A stretch of 42,734 nucleotides of DNA from Octopus bimaculoides (Eukaryota). Position numbers and translations under genes: made by a program. The notes beneath the pieces were generated by a model that was not told the origin of the DNA, made no database searches, and saw only the letters and a list, made by a program, of their open reading frames with translations. Of this stretch, positions 9,860 through 22,329 are shown one piece after another. The stretch is from NCBI RefSeq assembly GCF_001194135.2, contig NC_068992.1, positions 60,188,905 to 60,231,638 of the forward strand, read 5' to 3'. Each line of letters opens with the position of its first letter. Position 1 is the stretch's first letter.

Positions 9860-10639
9860 AAGGCATGCCCCGGTTAGCCAACTGAGATTAACACCGACAA
9901 AATGATGGAGTTAGTCGACACCAATCCACTTTATACAAACAGTATGATCGCAGATATTCCCCAAATATCCAAATCGAGTGTTGAAAACACTCGATTGTTG
10001 AAATCGAGTCTGTATCCACTAGGTTACGTTAACAGACACGATAATGGCTCCCATATCAATTGAATGAGGCTAACCTCGTCTACCGGATTTGTATCTGCCA
10101 TTTGTTTTAGAAACGTGAAGACAAAAGATCCTTTATTTGAAGATGATGGTGAGCGAAGACGATAATTGAATCCTCTATAACAATGTGAAGTGCAGACAAT
10201 CATGGGGGAACCGCCACAAACATAAGGTTATGCTTTCGATGTGGTGAGACAATCATTTTGATCCACCTGAAATGTCCAGCTCTTGCTAATCGCAAGAGCA
10301 TTGTGTTTTTCCATCACAATGCTAGACCGCACATTTCTTTGCACACGGCTGGGAAGTTTTGTCGCACCCTCCATATTCATCCAACCTTGCGCCTACAGAT
10401 TTCCACCTGTTTCGGTCTCCTAAAACTCATTGAATTGACAGATCTTCGAAGCTAAATTGGATGTAAAGATTCACCTGAGGGGAGATTTTTGCCAGCAAAA
10501 AATATGAAGTTCTTTGTGCAGGGATTAACGAACCTGCCTTCAAGATGGCGAGACGATACTGCAAATCATCGCTTCGTGGTAAAAACTTGTGTCTTATTTT
10601 GGCATAAAAAACTGAATGGACTTTTTGGTCAATCCAGTA
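9860..10639 (+). mobile_element. Mariner-family transposase remnant with 3' TIR
   Basis: Peptides PTEINTDKMMELVDTNP, LKMMVSEDDN*ILYNNVKCRQSW, CPALANRKSIVFFHHNARPH, SHPPYSSNLAPTDFHLFRS and GLTNLPSRW. It ends with a mariner-like TIR ...TGGACTTTTTGGTCAATCCAG then TA. Multiple stops, frameshifts and deletions. Confidence 0.9.
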
Positions 10640-11149
10640 TACATATTCATAAATTATTATATATTATATAGGAATGTTTGTATGCGTGTATGTAAGTACA
10701 TGTGTGTGTGTGCATTTATATATAGAAATGCACGTGCGCTCACACACACACACACACACACACACAACAACAACAACAACATGAACAAATTCGCTTAAGA
10801 CTGAGTGCTTTCTAGATATCTACCTGGATTTATTGTGTATGTGTGTGTCTGTGTATACACACGTATCTATACATACTCACACCCCACACGCGCTCATGTA
10901 TGTAGATGTCTATATCACCAGTATTAGAGGCTTATATATGTTGCAGCAGACGCATGAATACTTGGCATAGAAATAGCAGAGTTAATAGGCAGCCGAGCTC
11001 ACTTGCTTATTCGGCATTTATTTTTTTAATCTCTTGCTTCTGATTTCAAATTCTACCGGTGTTTACAACGCAATAGGAATGGCTACAATCAACCTTGACA
11101 TGTTTCTTCAATAATGTATGTATAAGTATCACCTTCTTCGCGTATGTTA

Positions 11150-11185
<36 letters not shown>

Positions 11186-11195
11186 NNNNNNNNNN

Positions 11196-11232
<37 letters not shown>

Positions 11233-11270
11233 TTATATGTACGTGTGTATATAGTCATAGATTCATACAG

Positions 11271-11304
<34 letters not shown>

Positions 11305-11492
11305 GTTCAATCAGTCTCTTGTTTCTCTGCGTTTCTTTTGCTCCCTCTCAATTGATAGGCTCTGAAAGCAAGTTAATTCAGATTAGCAAGAAGCTATTTA
11401 CCTCTATCATGGTATTCAGCACACTTTCGTCTGATCGCTAACAGACCACATACACACAGACAGACACGCACGCACACACACTCAGACACACA

Positions 11493-11553
<61 letters not shown>

Positions 11554-11770
11554 AAGCGGTGGGCTGGCAGAATCGTTAGCACGCTGGATGAAATGCTGAG
11601 TGGTATTTAATCTGTCCCTATGTTCTGAGCTCAAATTCCACCGAGGTCGACTTTGCCTTTCATCCTTTCGGGATCGATAATTTAAATACCAGTGAAACAA
11701 TGGAGTCGATGAAATCGGCTAGTCCTCTCTCCCAAAATTTCAGGCGTTGTGCCTATAGCAGAAAGGATTA
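11554..11770 (+). mobile_element. SINE family B
   Basis: GCGGTGGGCTGGCAGAATCGTTAGC...CAAATTCCACCGAGGTCGACTTTGCC. Adjacent to (ATT)n. Confidence 0.9.
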
Positions 11771-12230
11771 CTATTATTTCAAATAGTTTCATTCAGCTTC
11801 ATGCGACTTGATGTTCCGCAGGTTTCTAACAGGAACCTAGCTTATTGAAGTTCAGATTACTGAATGAAGATACATAGAAAGTACAAGATGACTATGTAAC
11901 TCCTACTAAACATGCTGAATACCTTTTTCNNNNNNNNNNNNNNNNNNNNNNNNNNNNNNNNNNNNNNNNNNNNNNNNNNNNNNNNNNNNNNNNNNNNNNN
12001 NNNNNNNNNNNNNNNNNNNNNNNNNNNNNNNNNNNNNNNNNNNNNNNNNNNNNNNNNNNATATATATATATATATATATACATAAATATATATATATAAA
12101 TGGAGCTAAACGCAGGTGTTATTCAAATTCTTTCATTTTCGACACATGTTTCGAAGACAACAAAGACACACGCACACATACATACAAACACACTCACACA
12201 CAGAGACACATACACATCTATATGTAGATG

Positions 12231-12390
12231 ACGGGCTTCTAATAATTTCCGCCTACCAAATCTGCTCACACGGCTTTGGTTTGGATTGAGTCTACAATAG
12301 GAAACGGTTGTCCAAATGTGACACTCAATGGGACAGAATCTGGAACCATGTGAAACCATGTGGTTGGAAAGATGGCTGCTTAGCACACGT
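12231..12390 (-). mobile_element. SINE family C tRNA-like head, degenerate
   Basis: Similar to 19695-19860 (ACGGGCTTCT...CTACCAAAT...GAACCATGTGGTTGG). Confidence 0.7.
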
Positions 12391-12609
12391 GCACACAAAT
12401 ACACACACACATATACACACATGTGTATGTGCATATATATCCGTGTGTGTATGTGTATATATATAAATATATATACATGTGTATACATATATAAAGATAT
12501 ATGTTTATATGTTTATATATGTGTATATATACATTTACACACACACACACACACACATATATTCATCGTGTTGTGTCTGGGGAGAGTCATTCTGTTTTAA
12601 TGCCTTATT

Positions 12610-12750
12610 CGTTTATTCTTTTATTTGTTTTAGACGTTTGACTGCGGCCATGTTGGTGTATCGCTTTTAGTCGAACAAATCTACCCCAGTACTTATTCTT
12701 TGTAAGCCTAGCACTTATTCTATCGGTAGTTTTTGCCGAGCCGCTAGGTA
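12610..12750 (-). mobile_element. SINE family C/D 3' body
   Basis: Reverse complement matches 32420-32560. Confidence 0.8.
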
Positions 12751-13384
12751 CATTTTACGAGCCCATAAAATTCAATTTCCATGGAGCTAAACCAAACTCT
12801 GATTATATATATATAATGGTCATTTAGACACGTAATCTAGCTATAGAAATTATAGATTCTTTCCTACAGGAAAATAATTTTTACATGAAAAAGTTTTGTT
12901 TGTGTCAAAAGTTGAAATTCTTTATACCTTTTATTGGTGACAATTCTCCTCGATGCTATTTATACCGAATACACATTGTCCACAGTATATACTAAAATAT
13001 ACCAATGATTCCATTTATACTAAATTTTAGTCGATACTAAAATTTAGTCAATTATCTCGGGTGTGTCGCATTAAATGTTTTCGAATATATACGTTAACGT
13101 AATATTACAGATATTGATATGATAATGAAACGAATTTCTTTTCAATTTTAATAAATGTACCAAGATTTGGCTGATTGCCAAAACTCTTTCATATTAAAAT
13201 TTTCCAAATCTTTATCGTAATGTAATATAATAGATTCTCGTATGGAAGATGGATTAATTTATCGAGGTGTGTTTAAATTTCTGATATGAATATGAATATA
13301 TGAGAGTTTGTATGATGTATATATGTAGATACGTATGTGAGCATGTATGCCTGAAGTTATATATGTATAAGCATATGTATATGC

Positions 13385-13436
<52 letters not shown>

Positions 13437-13551
13437 GCATATACATACATTCACACAGACACCGACAGTGCACGCTCACACACTCACATAAACATATCCG
13501 TTTAGTGTTGACTGTCGGATGATACAATATTCAGTGGCATAATAGTGAATA

Positions 13552-13607
<56 letters not shown>

Positions 13608-13634
13608 TTTATTTCGCTCGAGACAGTCTCTTAT

Positions 13635-13690
13635 TACTCTGGAGTTTCGCCTGTGTACTAACATTCATCAGGCAGTCACAGGCGAAACTC
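13635..13690 (-). ncRNA. Hammerhead-like core inside a 14-bp perfect hairpin
   Basis: Arms GAGTTTCGCCTGTG (13642-55) and CACAGGCGAAACTC (13677-90). Minus strand reads CTGATGA...GAAA-CTCCAGAGT-A. No stem I is evident. Confidence 0.4.
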
Positions 13691-13732
13691 ATCACTTGAA
13701 CAAAAGAAAAATTACATACAAACACACACTCA

Positions 13733-13829
<97 letters not shown>

Positions 13830-14187
13830 ATACACACACACATACACACACACACTCACACACACACACACAAACACACACAGGTAACAATTATATATAA
13901 TTTGATGTTTGTTTTTATGTGAAGTTACATATGAAAATTTAACCTTAAGCTTTCAGTATTTTTAGTAGAATGCATATTTATTAATTTTTAAAAGGAAAAG
14001 ATTAACAGTGACTTCAAAGTTTATATATGTAATCCTTTGCTTGCAGCTAATCTAGCAACATAAAATTTATCCGATAGATAGGACGATATCTATCAAAATT
14101 TTCATTCGAAATAAGAGGGTATAAGCAAAAGATATAATACAGAGGGTAAAATGGATTCTCTTGTGATCTACTTTTTTTTCTTTTCAG

Positions 14188-14342
14188 ACGCTTGGATGGC
14201 TGTGTGGGAAGTTTACCTTTCAACCATGAACTTTTGGATTTGGTCTAACTGCATGGCAAGTTGAGCAAGTGACTTCTACATTCCAGCATCGACCAAAATC
14301 TCGCAGGTAAATACTGTTAGACGGAAACTGTATTGAAACCCG

Positions 14343-14345
<3 letters not shown>
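14188..14345 (+). mobile_element. SINE family C, degenerate
   Basis: TGGCTGTGTGG head...GAGCAAGTGACTTCTAC...TAGACGGAAACTG...CCCGTC. Confidence 0.75.
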
Positions 14346-14373
<28 letters not shown>

Positions 14374-14378
<5 letters not shown>

Positions 14379-14576
14379 CAAATAATATATGAGTATATAC
14401 ATATATACGTACATGTATGTACATACCTACATCTACATGTATATATAGATGCATATCTGGGTATAGGACGTTGCAAAAAGACGTGGACAAAATGATGAAC
14501 AGAGTACAGAAAACACACAGGCCACATAGAGAACATTTCCTTCATCAGCTGCCACCCTTCTAAAACTAAGCGTTTT
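14374..14576 (-). mobile_element. Repeat family H2 (hammerhead-like core in permuted order)
   Basis: Reverse complement aligns to 42027-42230 (GGCAGCTGAYGAAGG...AACGTCCTRTACCC.GATATGCATCTATAT.ACATGTAGATGTA.GTATGTACATA). Confidence 0.7.
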
Positions 14577-14699
14577 ATATANNNNNNNNNNNNNNNNNNN
14601 NNNNNNNNNNNNNNNNNNNNNNNNNNNNNNNNNNNNNATATATATATATATAATACAAATAATATATGAGTATATACATATATATCTTCGTGTAAGTCG

Positions 14700-14852
14700 T
14701 ATTTGTGCTGCACGCCACACCGCTGGACAACCATTGCTGGTTAGTTTCAGTTTCTATAACTTAGCGGTTCGACAAAAGCACCGAAAGATATGTATTGAGC
14801 GCAGTTTGTTCGACTAGACCCTCAAGGTTGTGCTTTAGCATGACCGCAGTCG
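14700..14852 (+). mobile_element. SINE family C/D 3' body, degenerate
   Basis: TAACTTAGCGGTTCG...GTTCGACTA...AGCATGACCGCAGTC. Confidence 0.7.
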
Positions 14853-14954
14853 TGGAGATCGATTTTCTGAGAAAAATTCGTATGAATCTAAAATTATTTG
14901 ATGAAGCCAATCGATATTATATTCAGAAATGCCTGAAATTCAAAGGACTATCCT

Positions 14955-15012
14955 TGTCACAGTCTGTGTCACAGTCTGTGTCACAGTCTGTGTCACAGTC
15001 TGTGTCACACTG
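14955..15012. repeat. 12-bp tandem repeat (TGTCACAGTCTG) x4 plus a partial copy
   Basis: Read directly. It lies at the start of a dispersed-repeat-like segment running to ~15135, which I recognise only from memory. Confidence 0.9.
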
Positions 15013-15607
15013 AATCGCCTTGTGAACTACGTTAAGTGAACGCGTATTTGTAGAGCCGGTTGCACGTTAATTTCATGAGTAGGCTGTTCCGTTGATTGGA
15101 TCAAGTGGAATAATTATCGTCGTAACTAACGGAGCTTTTAGGAAATGTAGAAGTGATCAGAAGACAAAATGGTATATGAATGTTGCTGGGAAATCTGGAA
15201 AAATTGCTGAGAAACATTCGGAAACAGGAAGTTATTTCTATGAACAATATTTGAATCCTCAAGACAGAGCTCAAGAATAACTCTTTATACACTATTTATT
15301 ACACAAGTTGCACATATGTGTGCTTGTTCACAAACGTTCCTGTATGCAGTTATGTATATGCATACATCTCTACGCATTATATACACTTGCGTGAACATTT
15401 CAAAATTAATTTGCATGCATATATTCACGAGTACATACATGAATATTTATATGTACGGACTTGCTTTTCTTACAAACACACTTGAAGTTTATTAACACTT
15501 GCGCAGGTGTAGGTATTGATTCTCGCAAAATAGAATTAGTAGGCCAGCTTCATATGTGTTCACATTGCAAGTGCACATACATATATAAAGCCTCAGTGTA
15601 TCAACAC

Positions 15608-15666
<59 letters not shown>

Positions 15667-15702
15667 TCCACCCCAACACAAGAAGAACACAAATTGTTCT
15701 CA

Positions 15703-16102
15703 AAATTCACAACAGCTGTTTGAGCAGAATTTTATTAGTGACTTCTTAGACTATACCATGACAAAAATCCGCCACCTTCGGGTGATTTTAAACAAAGAGA
15801 ATGATAAGGTAGAGAAAATTTAAGTTGACCAGCTCACCTAGTTACGTAGTGAGGCAAGAGAAGTTACCAGAAGAATCGTAGAATTTATAAAAGCCGCCTG
15901 CATGACTCATAAGGATAAAGTTTAAAAACTGTCAAATTTCTCAAATCGATATCTTAATTAGTTTATGGCCCTAGCTGGAGAATCAATGAAGCCAATCATA
16001 TAATAAAAGAGATCTACTTAGGAGACAACAGACAAGAAGTACGGCTGATGTAATCTAAGAAGTCTTCAATAAAATGTTGTTGAAACAGCTGTTGTGAAAT
16101 TT
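15703..16102. mobile_element. ~400-bp element with ~57-bp imperfect inverted termini (Penelope-like signature GAAACAGCTGT)
   Basis: 15703-15757 versus the reverse complement of 16046-16102 is ~46/57 identical. The interior reads as one stop-interrupted + frame. Confidence 0.6.
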
Positions 16103-16189
16103 AAACCTTATTTATGTTCTTTTTTTATACATATGCTACACTTGGAACCATCCCTAGACTCGATCTACTGTTTCTAATGCATCGGATAC

Positions 16190-16225
<36 letters not shown>

Positions 16226-16529
16226 CTATGTGACGTTGTATACAGATAGATGTGTGGATGTATATGTACGTACTTGCTATGCACAACCAGCAAAGGACAA
16301 CTAAATATGGCAAGACTGGTACCCGGTCCTACCTGGCGTCCTACATCGTACACGTTGAAATACCTAGACTCTACAACTTAATAAGCACACACACACACGA
16401 TGGTGTTGTAGAGACACTATCGTGTTATATGTCGTGTCCTAGGCGTTTTTGAGATCCAGCTATCCAACCTCAGGTTTGACAACTGACAACATTTTGTGAG
16501 AAGTTCACAGAGTCAGAAAAAGAGAATAG

Positions 16530-16690
16530 AAGAAACAATCCCAGTACATGACTACTATTTTAGTCGATGGCTCCTGAGAGGATGAAACGCAAAGTTGGCA
16601 TCGGCGGGATTAGAACTCACAGCTCAGGCTGACAGAACGATTAGAACAAGGCAATTTATCCTACACCATAACGACTGTGCCAATTAACCT
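16530..16690 (-). mobile_element. SINE family B, degenerate
   Basis: CCCAGTAC...AGGATGAAACGCAAAGTT...TCGGCGGGATTAGAACTCA. Confidence 0.6.
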
Positions 16691-16748
16691 TAACTATGTG
16701 TATGTGTGTGTGTGTTTGAGTGTGTGTGTGTATGTGTGTGTCTGCGTG

Positions 16749-16781
<33 letters not shown>

Positions 16782-17092
16782 NNNNNNNNNNNNNNNNNNN
16801 NNNNNTATATATATACATATGTTTAGGTGTAAGAATATGTATGTATATACATTTACTATTTAATCCATAATCATTAGTCCGATAAAAATATTTTGTCTTA
16901 GCAGAGATTATGGATTAAGTATTTTATCCACTTTCAGTCTTGTCTTGGAGTATTTTAAGTGGCTTGATATAGCTTCCTTTAAACTTACTACCTCCTTGAA
17001 CACACACACACACACACAAACATGTATATGTATTGTGCCCTTTAAATAAATAGTATATATATATATGTATACATATATATACATGCATACAT

Positions 17093-17150
<58 letters not shown>

Positions 17151-17160
17151 NNNNNNNNNN

Positions 17161-17216
<56 letters not shown>

Positions 17217-17415
17217 CGAACTGGTGACATTACAATCATGAACCGCTTAGGCTAACCACACCACTATACGTCTTTACATTGCCTCAGATATATAATTGTC
17301 GACAGACGGTTTTACGTGGAATTTGTTAACCTACAAAAAAAAAATAGTCTCGTTTCTTAAAATACAGTTGAGTCGTGTGTATGGATATAAGAGGACGTAT
17401 TACTATCACAATGAT

Positions 17416-17699
17416 GTCGTTATTGGCGACATACTTGCGCGCGTGTGTGTGTGCATTAGTGCCTGTGTGTATACGCCTTAGGTTATATGTGTGCGTGCGA
17501 GCTGGCATCGTTGTCAGGTCACTATTGGCGACACACACATGTACGTATGAGCGCGTGTGCGCATGCGTGTATGTGTGTGTAAGTGTGTGTGCGTGCGTGG
17601 CTGTCATCTTACTGTCACTATTGGCGACTTGGCGACATAATCACCCATATATATATATGTGTGTGTGTGTGTGAGTGTGTGCTGCGAGTGTATGTATTT

Positions 17700-17735
<36 letters not shown>

Positions 17736-17827
17736 TTACGTGTATGTATGTCAGTGCTTGTGTGTGTGTGTGTGCTTGCTTGCATATATGTGTGCGTTGC
17801 TTTTATCACACTGTCACCAATGGCAAC
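17416..17827. repeat. Four copies of the 15-bp quasi-palindrome GTCRYYAWTGGCRAC in GT-rich spacers
   Basis: Copies at 17416-30, 17518-32, 17614-28 (plus an extra TTGGCGAC) and 17813-27. Confidence 0.75.
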
Positions 17828-18661
17828 ATACATTTGCGTATGTGCGTATGTGCATCTTTGCGCTGTGTGGTGTATGTGAGCGACTGTGAGCGTGTGTGCG
17901 CGCGCGTGTATGTGTGTGTGCGTGTGCGCGCTGGTGTGTGTGTATGTATGTGTTGCTATCGCTGTGATGTCGCGATCGTTAACCTGCTTGCAAATATGTG
18001 TGCGTGTGCGTGTCTCTGCGTATGTGAATGTGTCACTTTCTTCTTACATTTTCTCTGCGTCTATGTGCATGTGTGCTTATGTGTGTTTGCATAAGCGTGT
18101 GTTTGCGTCTCCGTCCAACTGTCTGTCTGTCCCCCCCCCCTTTCTCCTCTCTGGGCACACATGAATGTCTCTCTACGCCTGCGTGTGCGCGTACTTATAT
18201 AATTGTGTTATAACGGTGTTCCTGTACGTGTGCATGTGCGAGACGCTTGGGCACGTGCGCGAGTCCATGTGCTTCAATGTGCGCATGTGTGTGCGCGTGT
18301 GTGTGTATGTGCATATGCACGTATGTATATCTACGTAATTCTCTGTGCATATGTATATACGTCTGTGTACGTGTGTGCTTGCGTGGGTGTGCAAGTTCGT
18401 CCGCGTGAGCGTGTACATACATGTGTCTGTATCTGTAGGCGTGTATTTTGTCTATATCCATTTGTGTATATGTGCGCGCGCGTGTGTGTGTGTGTGTGTG
18501 TGTGTAAGTGTGTGTGTGGTAATATCTATGTGTGAATGCAGTCAATATTTTAAATGTGTGTGGCTTTCTATGCATCCAAATGTTTGACTGAAATTTGAGG
18601 TGTGAGTGTAGTTGTGGGTTCGTCTGCGGGCGTGTGGCTAATAGATGAATATGTATGTATG

Positions 18662-18695
<34 letters not shown>

Positions 18696-18697
18696 TG

Positions 18698-18834
18698 TTT
18701 CCTTTGGATAACATCAGTGGCGTGGAGAAGGAGAAGCTGGTATGCATGGATGACTGCTGGTCTTCCATAAACAACCTTGCTCCGATTTGTGTCTCAGAGG
18801 GTAACTTTCTAGGTGCAATCCATGGTCATTCATC
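18698..18834 (+). mobile_element. SINE family A 3' fragment
   Basis: TTTCCTTTGGATAACATCAGTGGCGTGGAGAAGGAG matches 40885-40930. Confidence 0.8.
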
Positions 18835-19579
18835 TTTACGCATTTTTTTAATGCATGTATGTATGCATGTATAGATGGATGGATGAGTAAATGTATGTGT
18901 GTATGGATGGATGCGTCTCTGTGTGGTTATAGAAGTGTATATGTATGTGTATGGTGTGTAGCAATTCCAATGTGTGCTTCAACTTAGGTATACAATGTGT
19001 GTGTGTGTGTGTATTCATTTACGTAGATATGTGTGTGTGTGTTTATAATTATATATATATATATATATATATNNNNNNNNNNNNNNNNNNNNNNNNNNNN
19101 NNNNNNNNNNNNNNNNNNNNNNNNNNNNNNNNNNNNNNNNNNNNNNNNNNNNNNNNNNNNNNNNNNNNNNNNNNNNNNNNNNNNNNNNNNNNNNNNNNNN
19201 NNNNNNNNNNNNNNNNNNNNNNNNNNNNNNNNNNNNNNNNNNNNNNNNNNNNNNNNNNNNNNNNNNNNNNNNNNNNNNNNNNNNNNNNNNNNNNNNNNNN
19301 NNNNNNNNNNNNNNNNNNNNNNNNNNNNNNNNNNNNNNNNNNNNNNNNNNNNNNNNNNNNNNNNNNNNNNNNNNNNNNNNNNNNNNNNNNNNNNNNNNNN
19401 NNNNNNNNNNNNNNNNNNNNNNNNNNNNNNNNNNNNNNNNNNNNNNNNNNNNNNNNNNNNNNNNNNNNNNNNNNNNNNNNNNNNNNNNNNNNNNNNNNNN
19501 NNNNNNNNNNNNNNNNNNNNNNNNNNNNNNNNNNNNNNNNNNNNNNNNNNNNNNNNNNNNNNNNNNNNNNNNNNNNNNN

Positions 19580-19860
19580 GCCGAACCGCTAGATGATGGA
19601 GACATAAACACACTAGCATCGGTTGTCGAGCAATGCTAGGAGGACAAACACAGACACACGAACACACACACACATATATATATATACATATATACGAAGG
19701 GCTTCTTTCAGTTTCCGTCTACCAAATATCCACTCACAAGGCTTTGGTCGGCCCGAGGCTTTAGTAGAAGACACTTGCCCAAGGTGCTACGCAGTGGGAC
19801 TGAACCCGGAACCATGTGGTTGGTAAGCAAGCTACTTACCACACAGCCACCCCAGCGCCT
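19580..19860 (-). mobile_element. SINE family C/D (tRNA head, internal TG tract, body), well conserved
   Basis: Minus strand reads GGCGCTGGGGTGGCTGTGTGGTAAG...GGGTTCAGTCCCAC...CCTTGGGCAAGTGTCTTCTAC (CORE-like)...GTAGACGGAAACTGAAAGAAGCCC. The 3' end runs into a gap. Confidence 0.9.
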
Positions 19861-20057
19861 ATATATATATATATATATATGTGAAGTGCGACGTGCATGT
19901 ATCTATGTGTGAATAGATGGCTCGATATATTTGTCTCGTTGCGTATGTGTGCGAGTGTGGTGAAATGGTCCTTTACGTGTGCTTTACACACAACGACGTG
20001 GATATTGTTCGCCGTGGTTTGCTGTTGTTGTGGTTGATGCTGTTGCTATTTTCGTGG

Positions 20058-20092
<35 letters not shown>

Positions 20093-20212
20093 CTTGTTCT
20101 TCTTCCCGATATTGTTGCTGTAAATTGACTTTGACGTAATTGTTGTGAAGGCTCGGATTACATTAGATCTGAGTGAGAGAGAAAGAAGCAGGCAGAAAGA
20201 GAATGAGAAGAG

Positions 20213-20279
<67 letters not shown>

Positions 20280-20441
20280 NNNNNNNNNNNNNNNNNNNNN
20301 NNNNNNNNNNNNNNNNNNNNNNNNNNNNNNNNNNNNNNNNNNNNNNNNNNNNNNNNNNNNNNNNNNNNNNNNNNNNNNNNNNNNNNNNNNNNNNNNNNNN
20401 NNNNNNNNNNNNNNNNNNNNNNNNNNNNNNNNNNNNNNNNN

Positions 20442-20477
<36 letters not shown>

Positions 20478-20481
<4 letters not shown>

Positions 20482-20595
20482 GGGTCCTTCCAGTTTCCGT
20501 TTCGTAAATCCACTAACCAGGATTTGGTCAGCCTTAGGGAATCGAAGGGAACACTTAACCAAGGATTGAACTCAGAACCATGTGGTTAGAAAGCG
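20478..20595 (-). mobile_element. SINE family C, degenerate
   Basis: Similar to 19695-19830. Confidence 0.65.
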
Positions 20596-20835
20596 ATTAT
20601 ATATGTCTGTATAACCATCTATCTATCTATCTATCTATCTGTCTGTCTGTCTGTCTGTCTGTCTCTGTTCGTCTGTCTGTCTGTCTCTGTTCGTCTGTCT
20701 GTCTGTCTTTCTGTTTTTGTGTCTCTGTCTTTCTCTCTGTGTGTCTCTCTTTCTCTCTCTGTATCCGTCTATCTGTATGTCTGTCCGTCTGTTTTTATCT
20801 CTCTTTCTCTGTCTGTCTGTCTCTCTCTCACTCAC

Positions 20836-20885
<50 letters not shown>

Positions 20886-21084
20886 GTCTCATTCAGATTT
20901 AACCCGGATCTTCTCAACAAGGTCAAAATTCCGTAACAACAAGACAACAACAGTACTAACGCTATACCTTGTCATGGGGCACATGTTAGGGTATCACATA
21001 TATTTACACACACACACATACACACACACATACACACACACAAACTACACGTACGCACAAACTACACATTTACAAAAGACATCG

Positions 21085-21230
21085 ATTCGGCTGAATCGGT
21101 AGAGCATCGGAGAGAAATGCCTTGCGCCATTATTTGTTTTGACTTGAGAAAATCGAAACAAATGCCGCAAGGTCAGCTTTTACCTTTCAATCATTTGTAA
21201 TCGATAAAACATGTAGTAGTCCACCCTGGG
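21085..21230 (+). mobile_element. SINE family B, strongly degenerate
   Basis: GAATCGGTAGAGCATCGG...AAATGCCGCAAGGTCAGCTTTTACCTTTCA...TCGATAAA. Confidence 0.55.
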
Positions 21231-21773
21231 TGGCGGATTGGCGAGATTGCCAGTGCAGTGTGCATTTGTTCCTCTTTTCTAGCATCCGAAGGCAAAGTCT
21301 GCGGCGCAGCTGTTGCCGATTTGCACTTTGCCCTTCCCTTGGGCATTGCTGAAGGGTTAGTTGCCCCCATGGGTTTGCTGTTGGTCTTCTCACGGGGTGG
21401 TGGCACTAAACAGTGAGGTGTGTAAAAGCAAGGTTATTACCAGTCCAAATACGCTTGGGACACAGTCGAACGTGTCCCGAACATGTTTGATGTGGTAGTA
21501 ACCTTGCACTGTTCGTCTTGAATATAAAATTTAGGCCAGATGTTAACCTTGTTCTGTAAGTTTGCGGGTGGGGATTTTTCAGACGCCTTGTCACAGATGG
21601 CAAAAGCCATTGATTAGGTTCTCTATTTCTTCCTCTTTCTCTCTCTCTCTCTTTGCCTCTCTCTCTCTCTTTGCCTCTCTCTCTCTCTTTGCCTCTCTCT
21701 CTGTGTCTGTCTGTTTGTCTATATATACGTATGCGTGTGTTTGTATGTGCCCTCGCGCGTGTGTTTGTGCGTG

Positions 21774-21819
<46 letters not shown>

Positions 21820-22242
21820 ATAGGAATATATAAAAATATGTATTTATGCAAACACCTGTATATACACGTCTGTACATTCGTACATACATATGTATACATA
21901 TGCACACACACATATATGTGTTCAATTTTTCCTATATATATGTATATATATATAAATATATATATATACATATGTTTATTCAAAATATTTGAGAAAAAAA
22001 AAACCCGATAGAAATGGGTNNNNNNNNNNNNNNNNNNNNNNNNNNNNNNNNNNNNNNNNNNNNNNNNNNNNNNNNNNNNNNNNNNNNNNNNNNNNNNNNN
22101 NNNNNNNNNNNNNNNNNNNNNNNNNNNNNNNNNNNNNNNNNNNNNNNNNNNNNNNNNNNNNNNNNNNNNNNNNNNNNNNNNNNNNNNNNNNNNNNNNNNN
22201 NNNNNNNNNNNNNNNNNNNNNNNNNNNNNNNNNNNNNNNNNN

Positions 22243-22285
<43 letters not shown>

Positions 22286-22329
22286 ATATGTATACATTTC
22301 TTGAAGCAAGTCGCATGGCATGAGACATG

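Noticed and set aside
14374-14684. 34-bp identical direct repeat (14374-14407 and 14651-14684) as a TSD of the H2 element
   Set aside because: The sequence resembles part of the H2 tail itself (cf. ~42197-42228) and the two copies straddle an N gap, so a tandem partial copy or assembly overlap is more likely.
15092-15280. ORF ...KCRSDQKTKWYMNVAGKSGKIAEKHSETGSYFYEQYLNPQDRAQE as a terminal exon
   Set aside because: There is no recognisable domain, the polypyrimidine tract is weak, and its 5' part overlaps a repeat fragment.
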